Positions 1 through 13,639 of a stretch of DNA of 64,000 nt are shown here, piece by piece; position 1 is the first letter of the stretch, and the number at the start of each line of letters is the position of its first letter. The notes below the pieces were generated by a model. The model made no database searches. It was not told the DNA's origin and saw only the letters and a list, made by a program, of their open reading frames with translations. Source of the stretch: Macrostomum lignano (Eukaryota); NCBI GenBank assembly GCA_002269645.1, contig NIVC01001586.1, positions 1 through 64,000 on the forward strand, given 5' to 3'. The translations under genes were made by a program, and so were the position numbers.

Positions 1-879
1 CTGACGGTGATAGCGACACAGAAGATCGTGTTAAGACTAGAAAGGAAAAGAAAAGAACAAGGTGCGGACGGAATAGGAATTATTACAGTCCGAGCTTCAG
101 TGACAACAGCAACTGGATTCTAACGCCGATGCGGTCACCCAGGATCAGCTTCGTCCGCGTGGTTAACCGGAAGACAACAGCCAGGCGACAGCAGCAGCTG
201 ACTGGGGTCAAGCCAAACTCTACTGGAGAACCAGTGGACACTGCGAAGCAATCGAACAATGAAACAAATGAACCAGCGCTGCTGCAAGATGAGCAACCAA
301 TGACCCAATTGGAAACCATTGACCAGGCTAATTCATCGGATCCAATGCAGCAGACTGTTCAGACGATTTGGCCAAGGACCAATTAGCTGAGAAGAAGCCG
401 TCAAGGCCCCATCGTCTACGCTGGCTGACAAGATTTGGACAGAGAGTGCGGCGCTGCCTACAGCGATTGTGGCCGCACTAGCAGCTTCGCGGACCGGCGC
501 AAGATATACGCGTACTTTAAATATATATTCCATAACAACGCGCTTTTTAAGCCAACAGCTCGCTCCGAACTAGCATCAGTTAGCATCATACTTTCCGGTG
601 TCGTGAGAAAGAGAAGTAATAAAACAGTATTTTCTTAGTTTTAGATATCTATGCTAGCACAGAAGCAGCAAGCAATTGTCAAAAGTTGACATTCTATATT
701 TCATTTGATTTTATTGGCGATAAACAGTGCAGCCCATTTATCAACTTCAAATTCTCGAATTCATTTTCAGGCCAGTTGTGATTGGTTGACTCAATCTTGC
801 TTAATAAGTATAATAAAAATAATAATACTTGATTGCAACTGCCCTATTAATGTGCAGAAGTGCAACCGACAGCTCAGCC

Positions 880-1121
880 GCAGCTACCGGTTGCGCGCGC
901 ATCTGAAGGCTGCGTACGGCTGTTCAGTTCAAGGACTGGGGGGTCGCCACACACCCCAGCTACCCCAGCTAATGCTGAGTGCCCATTTTACAGCTGGATG
1001 AACTGAAGCAATGCATAGTTAAGCGTCTTGCTCAAGGACACAAATTGTTTAAGTGGGATTGGGAATCGAACCCCCGACCTTCAAGTCATGCGTCCGAGGC
1101 TTTAACCACTAGGCTACAACC
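880..1121 (-). mobile_element. tRNA-derived CORE-type SINE (MIR-like core)
   Basis: The minus strand reads TAGCCTAGTGGTTAA (A box) and GGTTCGATTCCC (B box), then TGTGTCCTTGAGCAAGACGCTTAAC...TTCAGTTCATCCAGCTGTAAAATGGG (plus 982-1042), which resembles the MIR/CORE core as recalled. The 3' boundary is approximate. Confidence 0.7.
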
Positions 1122-1434
1122 ATATTTGTTCAGACCCATTTTAAAATTGATTTAAACAATGTAACACGCAGAGCTACTAGCGATAATGTGAACCGGCCTT
1201 AAGTTTCGTCCTTGTTTTTTTATGAAAGATCATACAGTATTTTTCAGCATTGATATACGAGTATTTAGGTGTTATGAAAGCAACCCAAAAACTAACTAAA
1301 TTAACTACCGAGTGGCGTAAGTAGGATATTTCTTTGGCATCCTTTTTGCCTTAAAAAACACAATAAAATGCGCAAAAAAAGAAAATATAGTAATTCTAGA
1401 CTGTAGAGCCTGATGTTTGGACTAAAGCACTTAC

Positions 1435-4251
1435 TTCGCACAGTTGCAGCTGCAGCAGGTGCCTCTCCCGGTCGGAGCCGTCGCTGGCCTGCAAATGGCA
1501 AAAACGGAAATCATGCGCCCGCTGTATAAGGGCCGTATACAGCTAATCGTAAATAGTTGTGCTACAAGCCCAGTTAGAAGGCGAAGTGGTTTGTGGGACC
1601 TTAGTTTAGGAAACCATGTGACAAATTATATATTACCTGCCAAGTTGCGGGCGTTAGAAAATGCAGTTTTTTCACTGTGTATTAATTTTGCTAACTGACA
1701 AGAAAATGCTTTAGAGTATCTGGATGCGTATTTGAATTGAAGCGATCCTAAGCGTGTTACTTACCTCAACAGGTAGCACTTCAAGCCTTGAGTCTCTGGC
1801 AGACTGCAGTCTCTCTTTCCTAGATTTCTCCACCCTAGTCTCGTAGTCTTTGAGAGCCTTGTCGACACCTTTGCGCAAGTCGACTTTGAGCTCGGTGTTA
1901 ACGAACGAGTCCAGTGGGTTGTACATCACAGCTGACAGACTCTGCATCTTTAGACAGGTGGGCGCATTTGACTAATCAATTTTGAATAACAATATCAAAA
2001 AAGAGAAAAGAGCATTTTCTGATTTTGATTTGCAACAAATCGACCGCATTCTTGGTACACAATTTCCATTTTTTTGTAACAGAAATAACAAAATGGCATC
2101 CCGTATTTCTCCTGTCAATGCATGATAAAATTCACCAAGTCTTAAATGACCAGAAAGACGTACAAAGGCACACGCTCACACAGGATGACCGATTTGGCGG
2201 CCAACCAAGGAAGTCGCAAAAATGCCCACCCGAAAAATACCATAGTAGTACTAAGTAGCTGACGAGGCATTTTGACTTAATAAAACAGTCATAGTTACTC
2301 CTGCCGTTTACCCAAAGTTGCGTTAATTTTGCGCTAGGGTTTTTTGCATGTAAGTCGCATTTTTGGCCAAAAACTACGCCGCATTTTTGTTAAAACTAAG
2401 TCGCATGGCCGACCGAATTTAGGAGGTTGCGCATGTATGACAGTGACAGTCACTTTTTATTTACCAGGCATGTATGCAACATGCATAAGCCTCAGGCCAG
2501 ATTACTGAGCACAAACCACAGATTTCATAAAAGTGCTTATGCTGACAAATTGATAGTTAGCAGAATGAAAAATTTGCTCTACTTACTAAATTGCCCAGCA
2601 AAGCGTTGACTTCGCTGAATGCAACGGAGAATTTTGACAGCGCTGCACCAACAGCACCAAGTCCACCTTTCAGCGCATTGTTGCTCAAATTGTCCAGCAG
2701 GCTGGACAGATCGGCCTCGCACTGCTGATGAGCTGATGGTGTGTATTGGAGATTTTATGTAGTGCAAGGAGCTACAGAGGATCAGCCTAAAAATAATAAT
2801 GGGAAACGATTGCTCACCCCTTCCAGAATTGAGCAGCTCCTTGATTGCCTTTCTCACATGTTTAACAGCTGTTTTGTCTTGCTCTAAGTCCTAAACAAGG
2901 AATTTTGGGAATGTTTAATTAATAATTCGCAAACTGAAAGGACAAAAGCAACTTAGACAAGTATAATTAAAAGGTAAAAACAATCTGAGCTTGTAGATTG
3001 CATTATAAGTTAAAAGTAAAAAATGAGCCTTCTAGCTATTTTTAGCATAGTTGAAACTATTGATTTTAATTACTAAACATTAGCATTTATTATTTCAATT
3101 TTTCCTTCTGCTTTCATTGATTTTAACTGAAAAAATATCCCTAATATACATATATTGGAGTCCTATATACTAAAATCCTGTATACTAAAAATGGGTTGTT
3201 AGCATATGTATGTGTGTGTGAACTGCTTTGGTATCATCAATAAAAATGATGCTCAGATAAAGAGCTTATAGTCATTCATTTAGAATAGATATGACTAATA
3301 GATAAGAAATGACTATTTCTATTGTACATGTATATCTTATATAGGCACAACTGCTAGGCGACCTAGTTGATCTGGCTAGTTAAATTGTAGTATACTAGGA
3401 CTATGTCATAAAATTAACCTTTAGTAGGCCATATGATATTTTTTATGATTTTAGGTAAAATTTGATAACAAATAAAAGAATTTTCTCTTTTTTATAAGTT
3501 AAAAACTAAATTAAATATTCAGTCATAGCTAAATTACATAGCAAGTGTAATTTTAGAGATGACTCTAAGACTATTATTTGTGTGATACAGATGCTATAGC
3601 ATCTTGACTTTTACAATTGCATTCTCAAATTAGACCTTGGATGTGATTTTGCATCTTAGTACCAGCAAAAACCTAGGCTAGGTTTCTTATGCAATAGGGA
3701 TACTATTTAATATCTTGATTTTCCAAATTGCATCCTGAAATTGGAATTTTAGATGTAAAGACCTTAGAGATTTAGTATATTGTGATTTTGCATCTTAAAG
3801 AGGCTATTATAATATCAATTACTAAATTTCCAGCACTTCTAGCACTTTTAGTACCAAAAGTTACTTTTTTGAAGCAGCACTTTTTCTGGTTCTTTTTTGT
3901 AGGCCCTAGAATACTAGAGTTATGTAATAAAAGTTACTTTTTGATAAGTCTAGTACCTCCAATACTTAAAAATGAAATTTTAAATGCCAAACTACCAATT
4001 TAGCACTGAATCTTTCTTAAAAGTTCTTAATAGGCCTACACAGAAAATGTACATATAATTTAAAGAAATAAAAAATGAATGAAATATTGCAAATCAATAA
4101 CTCTTACACTTACAGCATATGATGATTCAACAGATTTTCTCAGCTGTGATACTCTTTGTGTAAAAGAAGTATTGGAATTTGTACCATGAAGATCCTCATT
4201 GACAAAGCCAATGACATCAGCAACAACTTCTGAGAACTTCTCGTTCAACAT
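1435..4251 (-). CDS. ASAP: ASAP-family ArfGAP, N-terminal BAR-domain exons (partial; later exons not located)
   Basis: Exons 4251-4114, 2890-2818, 2732-2587, 1947-1765 and 1488-1435 have GT-AG boundaries and compatible phases. Spliced product: ...VNEDLHGTNSNTSFTQRVSQLRKSV..DLEQDKTAVKHVRKAIKELLNSG..KFSVAFSEVNALLGNL..NPLDSFVNTELKVDLRKGVDKALKDYETRVEK..DRERHLLQLQLCE. It is colinear with the ASAP1/2 BAR domain. Confidence 0.85.
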
Positions 4252-5942
4252 TCACGGTTGTAGAAACAGAACTTCGGTTTTCTATTACTAAAGTAAAAGT
4301 TACAAAAATACTAAAATTTACAAACACACGAATTAAATTCCATAGGTGTAAATTTATACCGAGCCATTTTATCTAAATAAAGCGGAATCACCAACTTAGG
4401 CCGAACAATCAGCCTAGAAATATAATTTCTAAACTAATTAAACAGTAGTATACTAGTATATTTAGTGACGTCTGACCGTGCTAAACATAAAAATAGGGCT
4501 GTAGTAATATTTTTTTAGTCAGAATAAGTAGTTGATTTATTCTTTATAAAACTAGGGCCTAAACTTTAATAAACGGAGACACAGGTGGACAAGGGCATAA
4601 ACATCACTGGTACGTTATCACTTTCAGCCGGCGAAACCAAGCCAGGTAATTGGTTCCTCGAATAGGCCATATTGAAAAAAGATTCAAAATGACTATCTGT
4701 ATAACAAACAACAATGACTTTTCAGCGAAATATTATTAGTAAGCACTACAGCAACAAGAGCTTCGAATAAAAGCTATGCTTTACAAACACTTGTGCCTTT
4801 ACCGAAACATTTTTATTTATGTGTACTATTTCGTAGGCCTACTCACTAAATTTTAAAGGCGATAGTTTCATGCCTTATTGGCAGATCGATCATGCCGGGT
4901 GGACCGCGCATAGAAAATGCGAAGCCTATGCCTACGCTATATAACATTATCTAATTTAGTTTCGCTACTTCAGCATTTTCGAATTTTTAGTTGTTTAAGC
5001 AATAATACAAAATAATATGATATAAAGGTATCCTGCAGAATCGTTCGTTAAATTTACTGCATGCACATTTTTAGCTATTGACATGAAACTTTCTAAACAT
5101 GAATATTTTCATTATGCCTGCTCCTATGATTACTATGATCACTATGTAAAAACCAAAATATGAATGACCAGGGCCCATACACTACAGATACAGATCATAC
5201 ATAAAGCATACTGTATACATGGCTTAATTGGCCTAAATTTAATTAAGGGATTCGATTTGTTGGTCTTTGATTTGGCACATTTAGTGTATTGCATGATGAC
5301 AAATTGACAATGTATGTATGAAATGGCATTGAAATCCAAGTCTATATAATAGAAATTTAACATTTGTATAGAGACATATATCATAGCATTAGCATAGTTA
5401 ATATATCACATAGTCTAGACTCTATATTATTCTAGTTTTTAGCAAAAACCATTATTTTTTAAATACTTATCAAAAATTTTATTTTAGAAATTATCTATTA
5501 TTATCTATATATGATGTCATGATATATTATATATTTCATATTACATTGGCTTATATAAATAATCTCATATATTAATATATCTTCATTTATACAATATATT
5601 TAGTCTATTAAGATCTTAGTGATTTAGTATATTGTGATTACATAATATGTATAAAAGTCTTTTTCAAAAGAAACAAGCAAAACTTCAATTTAAACACTTT
5701 AAGAAATCTCAGCTCTTGTGGAAATTCAATTCAAACAAAGTCCCTTTCTATTGAAACAAATGAAGTTCAATTTAGATTGTCCATGGCAAAAATTGTTTTT
5801 AAGTGACATTCATGAGCAGATTAGAAATTCAAAAGAAACAAAGTTATTTTCTATTTCAACAGATTCTTAAAAGTTATTCTAGTTTTGTTTTCACTTTCAC
5901 TGTGCTACATAATTATACAATTGTTGTATACTAAGAATTGCC

Positions 5943-6470
5943 TCTACAGCTAGCACCCCTCTATAGCTGGTGCCCTCTCTGTAGCTGGTGCCCCCTCTGT
6001 AGCTGGCGCCCTCTCTGTAGCTGGCGCCCTCTCTGTAGCTGGTGCCCCCTCTGTAGCTGGCACCTCTGTAGCTGGCGCCCCCTCTGTAGCTGGTGCCCCC
6101 CTTTCTGTAGCAGATGCCCCTCTTCTGTAGCTTTTGCCCCTCCTCTGTAGCTGGTGCCTCCTCTTTAACTGGCACCCTTCCTGTAGCTGGTGCCCCTCTG
6201 TAGCTGGCGCCTCTTTAACTGGCACCCTTCCTGTAGCTGGTGCCCCCTCTGTAGCTGGTGCCCCCTCTGTAGCTGGCGCCTCCTCTTTAACTGGCACCCT
6301 TCCTGTAGCTGGTGCCCCTCTGTAGCTGGTGCCCCCTCTGTAGCTGGCGCCTCCTCTTTAACTGGCACCTTCCTGTAGCTGGTGCCCCCTCTGTAGCTGG
6401 TGCCCCCTCTGTAGCTGGCGCCTCCTCTTTAACTGGCACCCTTCCTGTAGCTGGCACCCCTTCTGTAGCT
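5943..6470. repeat. ~18-bp minisatellite (CTGTAGCTGGTGCCCCCT) with variant units
   Basis: Tandem units are directly visible and account for the ORFs at 5897-6578. Confidence 0.95.
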
Positions 6471-7226
6471 GGATTAATCATAATTTATAGAGAAATTTTA
6501 TCAATTCAGTTTTACCCTTTGATTACTGTCAGACTTCATTCAGTTTATCAAACTATCACCAATGTATCAGTGGTTTGAAAATTAGTCTATTGATTATACA
6601 GGAAAAGTTTGCGATCGCTATTCAACAGAAACTACTTACGAACCAGAATTTTTACTCTTACACATATCTCTATGACTTTTTAAAGTAGAATCTTAATCTA
6701 TCTTAAAAGATTACACTGTATAACACGACGAGTACCTTAATTTGCAACTATTTCCTATGAATTACGTATGTTGTCGTACCTATTTGCATTCAATGTGTGG
6801 GGGCAAGATTTCTACTTTAATAAGTAGCTAGTGACAAGGCCATCCTTAGTTCCAAGCCATTCTACGCATGACCTAGGCCACAGGTGCGACAAATCCTGCT
6901 CTCAGAAATAAAAGCAGAAAGAAACTAATTGTCTTCGATGCAAATTCTGAATTAATTACAGAAATTCTGCTTCGCACAGCCAGCAGCAACGGGAGCTGCG
7001 AGGGCGCCGGCTGCCCCTAAATCTCTTCCTTCATTCACTACTCTGTGCGGTGATTAAATTAATCCGCTGAGTACCGAAGGCGGCAGAGAAGGAAATTTTT
7101 GGGGCTGGCTTGGAAGCGACAGCTGGCGGTGCTCTATAGCGTGTTGCAGCCATTCTTAAGGCTTAAAATCTATCCGATCCACTTGCTGCCCTGGCTTTGC
7201 GATCTCTCTGTCGTTTTCCTATTGCA

Positions 7227-10157
7227 ATGGGACTGTCAGCCTTGCTGTTGCTGCCGGCATTTTGCCTGCTCAGTTTTGCAGTTGCCGCCTCCGGGCCACT
7301 GCCCGACCCGGCCAACTTTCTGGTGTTCGGGCCCGGCCTCGACGGCCGCCGGACTCTGCCAGTTCGCTACCTGTTCGTGCAGATGCGCGACACTGCCGGC
7401 CGTCAGCTGGACGATGCCAGCCTGCCTGAGGTGGACAGCGACGCCCTCCGGCTGGAGCTGAGCGCCGCAGGCTCGGAAGATCGCCGACTTCGCTACACCA
7501 GCGAGGCGCTCCGACTTGGCGGCGGCCTGTACGTCCTGCGCTACCGCCTGCATGAGACGGTGCACAGCGATGCCAGCTTGTCTGTGTTCTACTTTGGCAT
7601 GCCGGTAGCCCAGTCGCCTTACCGCCTGTCTGGCCCGCTCAGGGATGAGCAGTGCAATTGTCCGCAGATGGACTTGTCCGGCTGGCTAGATTATCACGGC
7701 TGCAGGTCGTTCAATTACAGCCAATTGGAGGCCGACTTTGCCCGATTCTCCGGCCCAGCCGGCATCCAGATGCCTATAGTGGCCGCCGAGGCTGCCAAGC
7801 GGTTTGATAATGACGGGGCTTACGCCTATTGTCGATACGTTATTAAGGACAACGAGTTGTACAGAAGCTGCTTTGGCAAGCATACTGGTTAGTACTGTTG
7901 GCTAAGAATAGCAGTTTATGTAGATAACCCCCAGTCAGCTGTGCTACACTTTTTGCGGTCAATTGCTACTAGAGTGGAAGACTCTATGCTGCAGAATATT
8001 CCTTAATATTGTTTTCGCTTAGAGAAAACACATAATTCATGAGGTCTTTTTGACCATTTCAACTATCTTATTTGACCTCAAAAGGGCAAGGGGCCGTGTT
8101 TTTCACTCTTATTGACAGATAAAAGTATATGGCGCCCCTGATAAAAAATTGACTTTAGCGCTCCCTTGACAGCAGCTTTGGCGCCCCCTTGACAGCAGCT
8201 TTGGCGCCCCCTTGACAGCAGCTTTGGCGCCTCCTTGACAGCAGCTTTGGCGCCCCTTGACAGCTGCTTTTGCGCCCCTTGACAGCAGCTTTGGCGCCCC
8301 CTTGACAGCAGCTTTGGGCCATACTACTGTGTGCTTCACTGAAATGAAATGGCGCCCCCATAGAAGCGCACCCCGCCCGCAGAATTCCTGGCTACAAGTT
8401 ATGCCCCTGTCTGACCTGAGCTTCAATAAAACCGACGAGTCGACCCCCATTAAATTCACCAGGTTTCACATTCATGAGCGACCCTCTGCTTTTGAGCCTG
8501 CTGCGGAAATTCCGCGCCCCTGATCTGGACTTCATTTTGAACTTGGGCGACTGGCCGCTCAGCCGACTGGACCGGCTGCCACACCTGCCTATTCTAAGCT
8601 GGTGCGGCTCACGTCACACCTCGGACATTGTGCTGCCAACCTACGAGCTGACCGAAGCCACAGTGAGCATGATGGATCGAATCTATAATGATTTGATGCG
8701 AACAGCCCACGATTCCATGCGCTACAGGTGGCCCAACCGCCTGTCCAGGGCGTTCTTTAGAGGCAGGGATTCTAATAAACGCCGGCTGGAGCTGGTCCAA
8801 CTGTCTATGGCCAAGCCTGACCTGGTGGACGCTCGACTGACTAATATGTTCTTCTTTCAGCACGAGAAATATTTGGGCGATATTGTGAAACATGTGCCGC
8901 TCGGCGATTTCTTCAAGTACAAGTATCAGGTACAAACATGCGATGACTCATTCTCTAGAGACAATGACCCATTATCTTTAACAGTGACTCATTCCCTAAA
9001 ATCAATGACCTATTCCATAGGATCAATGGCCCATTCTCTCAAACCTAATGACCCGTTTCTTAAATTCAATGACCAATTTTCTAGCAACAATGTGACTCAT
9101 TATCTAGAATCCAATGTCCCATTATCTAGCAACATTGACCCATTACGTAGCAACATTGACCCATTACGTAGCAACAGTAACGACCCAATTACGACCCATT
9201 CCCTATACATCTAAGCAATGACCCTTTCCATAGAATCAGTGACCGATTTTCTATCAATGATGACCCGTTTCCTAGAATCAATGACCCATTTCATAGAATC
9301 AATGACCCATTTCATAGAATCAATGACCCATTTCATAGAATCAATGACCCATTTCATCGAATCAATGACCCATTCCCTAGAATCAATGACCCATTCCCTA
9401 TAATCAATGACCCATTCCCTATAATCAGTGACCCATTCCCTATAATCAATGACCCATTCCCTATAATCAGTGACCCATTCCCTATAATCAGTGACCCATT
9501 CCCTATAATCAATGACCCATTCCCTATAATCAGTGACCCATTCCCTAAAATCAATGACCCATTCCCTATAATCAGTGACCCATTCCCTATAATCAATGAC
9601 CCATTCCCTCTATCGCGGCAATGACTCATTCTGCAGCAGAGTCTGCAACAAAAAATGTGTATATAGTGTTGAAAAAGCTGCTACCCAGTATTAGCATTTT
9701 CTATTAAGTAATATTTCTCTCTACATTACTCAATTCATCTTCATAGGTGAGCATAGACGGCACGGTGGCCGCCTACCGTTTGCCCTTCCTGTTAGCCGGC
9801 GGCAGTCCGGTGCTGAAGCAGGACTCAGACTATTATGAGCACTTTTACCGGGACCTGGAGCCCATGAAGCACTACGTGCCCCTTCGCGAGGACCTCGGCG
9901 ACTTGGAAGAGCGGCTGGCCTGGCTGCGGGCGCACGACTCGCAGGCGGAGAAAATCGGCGAGTCTGGCCGCCAATTCGTGCTCAACCGGCTGATGCCCGA
10001 ACAGGTGCTGTGCTACCTGGGCCAGGTGCTGGAACGTTACGGCCAATTGTTGCGCAGTCCGGTTGCCGTGTCGCAGAGCTACGAGCATATTAAACAGCCC
10101 AGTGACAGCAACTGCCGCTGCGATTGGACCGGCCCGGGAGTTCGCGACGAACTTTAA
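7227..10157 (+). CDS. POGLUT2/3: Protein O-glucosyltransferase 2/3 (KDELC-like; signal peptide, filamin/Ig fold, CAP10/GT90 domain, C-terminal RDEL)
   Basis: Exons 7227-7887, 8463-8929 and 9747-10157 are in frame with GT-AG sites. Motifs: LVFGPGL, LNLGDWP, PILSWCGS, DIVLPTYE, AFFRGRDS, KYKYQVSIDGTVAAYRLPFLL, ending RDEL*. Confidence 0.95.
8160..8320. repeat. ~21-22-bp intronic minisatellite (CCCTTGACAGCAGCTTTGGCGC)
   Basis: About 7 tandem units in POGLUT intron 1. Confidence 0.9.
9215..9610. repeat. 21-bp intronic minisatellite (AATCAATGACCCATTCCCTAT)
   Basis: Tandem units in POGLUT intron 2, with degenerate copies back to about 8950. Confidence 0.9.
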
Positions 10158-10814
10158 AGCTCTGTGGGAACTGCTGGATCAACGCTGCCAAGCTACACTT
10201 TCCTCTGCTTATTGGTTAGAAAGAAACTGTTTAAGACGATAGTTTTTCAACATATACTACTAGATTGAATAATTAGTAGTGTTCACATTTTTAGTCATTG
10301 TCTTCTTTAATCTTCTAAGTCTTGCCTTTAGTCTCGATTTTAAAAACATGAATCTCTTTTTTTTCTATCGAAGGTTGCATGCTTGAATTGATTTGTATTA
10401 ATTAGTCAATAGACTGCTAGAACTCTTGCCACTCCTTGATCCTCACCACCAGCAAAATCTGCTTCCATTGGATCTTTACAGATTCAAGATCACAATTTCG
10501 GTCGTAGTAAAAAGTTTGCACGATTTTAGCTCAAATTTTCGTGTCAAAAATACATCAATTTTGTACCGATTTTATTAAACTGCTGATCACATGACTCTCA
10601 AGCCAAAATTGAGATTTAAATGCTGCTGCTGTGTGATTTTTTTTCTTTTTAATTCGCTAATAGTTTATCAATTCTATTTTTATTAGAAGGAAGTCGTCAC
10701 GAAGGTCTGCGACCAAGCGCTACTGCCGTGGATAGAAATGTGATAAAATTTGTGTTTCTTTCTAATATGTGATACTATCTGCTTTCTCGACAGTCATGGG
10801 GAGACCGAAAGTCG

Positions 10815-11150
10815 TGAAACATCTCGACGGGTTGTGGGATGTCTCGACGGAGTTGCGGGAATGTCTCGACGGAGTCAGGTATGTCTCGCCGGAGTCAGGA
10901 ATGTCTCGACGGAGTCTGGAGTGTCTCGATTGAGTTGGGAATGTCTCGAAGGAGTCGGGGAATGTCTTGACAGAGTCCGGGTATTGGGAATGTCTCGACG
11001 GAGTCGTAGGATGTCTCGCCGGAGTCGGGAATGGCTCAAAGGAGTCAGGAATGTCTCGACGGAGCCGGGAATCGGGAATGTCTCGATGGAGTCGTGGGAT
11101 GTCTCAACAGTAAAATGTCTTGATCGAATCTGGAATGTTTCGACGGAGTC
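10815..11150. repeat. Degenerate ~20-bp tandem repeat (GGAATGTCTCGACGGAGTC)
   Basis: The core ATGTCTCGACGGAGT recurs many times. Confidence 0.8.
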
Positions 11151-11870
11151 ATGTGATGTTTCAAAGATGTTGAATGCTGCTGAAATTGCTCTGAAACACT
11201 GCTGAAACTATTCGGGGCTGTTGCGTATTCCGTATACGCTCTCCTAAGGTTTTATCCATAGCAGACGACGCATGCCCCAATAGCTGTTTAGTTTGAGACT
11301 TGAGTCCAAACTGTTCTGCATGCGAGACACTCCACTCGAGCTGCAGCTACTAACGTTTCATCTTTCAGTTGCCTGGACACGGAGTGACGACATCTGTCGC
11401 TTTAATGGCTTAGAGCTTATTATAATTATAAAATGGCGCACTGCTTTATAGGGCTCAACACACCTATGCACCGCATTGTAGCACTACGTCTGGAGGTGTT
11501 TTCTTTCAACTGCAGCAGCGTCTGGCTGCGCAGATACCGAGGCGATTTTTTCTCTATACTGGCCCTCCTAATGCGCCACTCAAACTCCTGCTACCAGCCT
11601 GGCCATATTGCTCCCTTACTCTTAACTGCCTACGCGGCGTTTTGTTTGCCACAGCTTGTAGCTACGCTCGCATACAAATAGTTTAGCCGTTGGCGCATAA
11701 TGGTACCGAGAGAAGAGGCGAGCAGTCGTTTAAAAGACCCAGCGATCTAAAGCGAGCCGTCCATTAACTGAGCAGCACCTTGCACCTTGCTGTTTTGTCT
11801 GCCGTTTTGTCCTTCTACGGTCGCTCTTTACTATACTGTACGCTAGCTCGACTACCGTTGCGGGCAGAGA

Positions 11871-12931
11871 TGAGTTTCGCTGCGAAACCCTTCAGCGCGG
11901 CCAGTCAGCAATCCGCCTCCACCCAGCGCGCAAGCCAACGCAGTACATCCACTCGGCCCTGGCCGCATCAGCAAAAACAACCGGTTTCTACTCAAGACTT
12001 TCGCGCAGTTGCTGGCGGCTCCCGACTGTCTGGCTGGTCGGCGGAGTCCCGGCTGCAGTGGCAGCGCCGCACCCAGCCGGAGGTCACCTTCGAGTTCTGG
12101 TGCTCGCCCTCTTCACGACGTCGCCTGACGAAAGTCAGCCGGCCCGCCAGCCCGACAGAAGCAGCTCTGGCTCTCGTTCTCCTGCCAGTTACTGGTTTCG
12201 CCTGTTCATGCAGCAGTGACATCGACGCCTCTGAGCTGGCCGCCGCTCCACTGACTCCGCCGGACCAGTCATCGCCGTCTCCATCCTCGCTTCAAGGTAA
12301 TTCAACTGACGCTGCGGATGTAGAAGAGTTCGAAGCTACTCAAGTGCAGCTACAGGAAGATTCTGAGCCATCGACTCCGCAAAATCAGCAGCAGCAAGCT
12401 TCGCTTTCTTCATCACCCTGGCGAGCTGCGCCAGCTCCATCGCCGGCACCGCCAGCACCGAGCCGTCAGCAGTCGCGTCCACTGACTCGCCCGGTCTCAA
12501 CTGGTCCAACTGAGCAGCTTCTCAGACTGGTCCGTCTGAGCTATACCCACTCGGACCTGGCTACTCGGCGTCTTCTGAAATCGTCTCTGCTGCATCGAAG
12601 CCGACCCGAGCCTGTCGCGGTGGACGCTCCGTCCGTTGTCGACGGCGCTGGCGGCGGGGCGGTGGTGCCATTGACAGCGGGGCCGTCAGCACCAGTAGCA
12701 GCGGCGGCGGGTTGCTACCTAAGCGCCGGTTTCCAAGGCCTACGCCAGTTAGTCTGCGAGGCTCGGGTGAACAGCCGCCCATGCGACTGTGGAGCCAAGA
12801 ACAGTGCTTGTCCCTGCCGCCGCTGGTGCCAAATAGTTGACTCATTAATAGAACGGCGCGTTTTTATTACTGGAACCTCTGTTTTGTTATACCGCCATTG
12901 TCTAGTCGGTATTGCATGTACAAGCAACTAA
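11871..12931 (+). CDS. Orphan low-complexity S/P/Q/A-rich ORF, function unknown
   Basis: A long, GC-rich, non-repetitive open frame with an ATG at 11871. No domain recognised. Confidence 0.3.
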
Positions 12932-13639
12932 CTTGCCTTGCATGCCATGTGAAGTGTCGTGTATGCAGCTTCTCGCGTTGTAGCTCGTATAATTTTATCA
13001 ACTGCATGTAGCCCTAACCTATATTTCTACCACACTGAAACATTTCTCACTAAATAATCATGTCAGAGTAGTAAGTATGGTTCGAATAGATGACTATTAC
13101 GGCTTCTTTGCGCTTTCAAAAACTATGGATTCGGTACTATTCTCTCAGCATTTAGCATGTATATTTTTAACATATCCATGCGCAATTCCCTCTCGAGCAG
13201 CGAGAAAAACTGAGTAGATCCAATGCAGACTGTACCGAAAAGAAATGGCTCGATTCTTTACTGCCAGCCTGCAGCTAGCTGAAAGCTATTCTTTTATTTA
13301 GTATTGTGCCCCATTCTTCATAAAAGATGCAACGGCCGTTTTGAAGTTTCTGTTCAGTTACTTATTAAACACCCTCTCTGTTTGGCCTACGAGTACAAGC
13401 CTTGCAGCTTTCTGTGTGAATATTTATTATTACTTACCCACCTCTACAGACTGGTCTACATGTATATCAACAGCAATAAATCTACGGACTTTTAATTGAA
13501 TATCAATATCAATATCAATCAATATTAATCAATATTAATATCAATATCAATATATCAATAATACATTACATGTAATATACTCTTGTACAATGCATATAGG
13601 AGGGTCTACGACAAGTGACTGCCGCAATTAAGCCAAGTC

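Noticed and set aside
3-480. Open frames at the window start as further ASAP exons or a retroelement end
   Set aside because: No match to the expected next ASAP segment (YLIKVNE..) or to integrase motifs.
1055-1121. Genuine tRNA genes (also 30481-30555)
   Set aside because: No proper acceptor-stem pairing was seen, and each runs into a SINE-like body.
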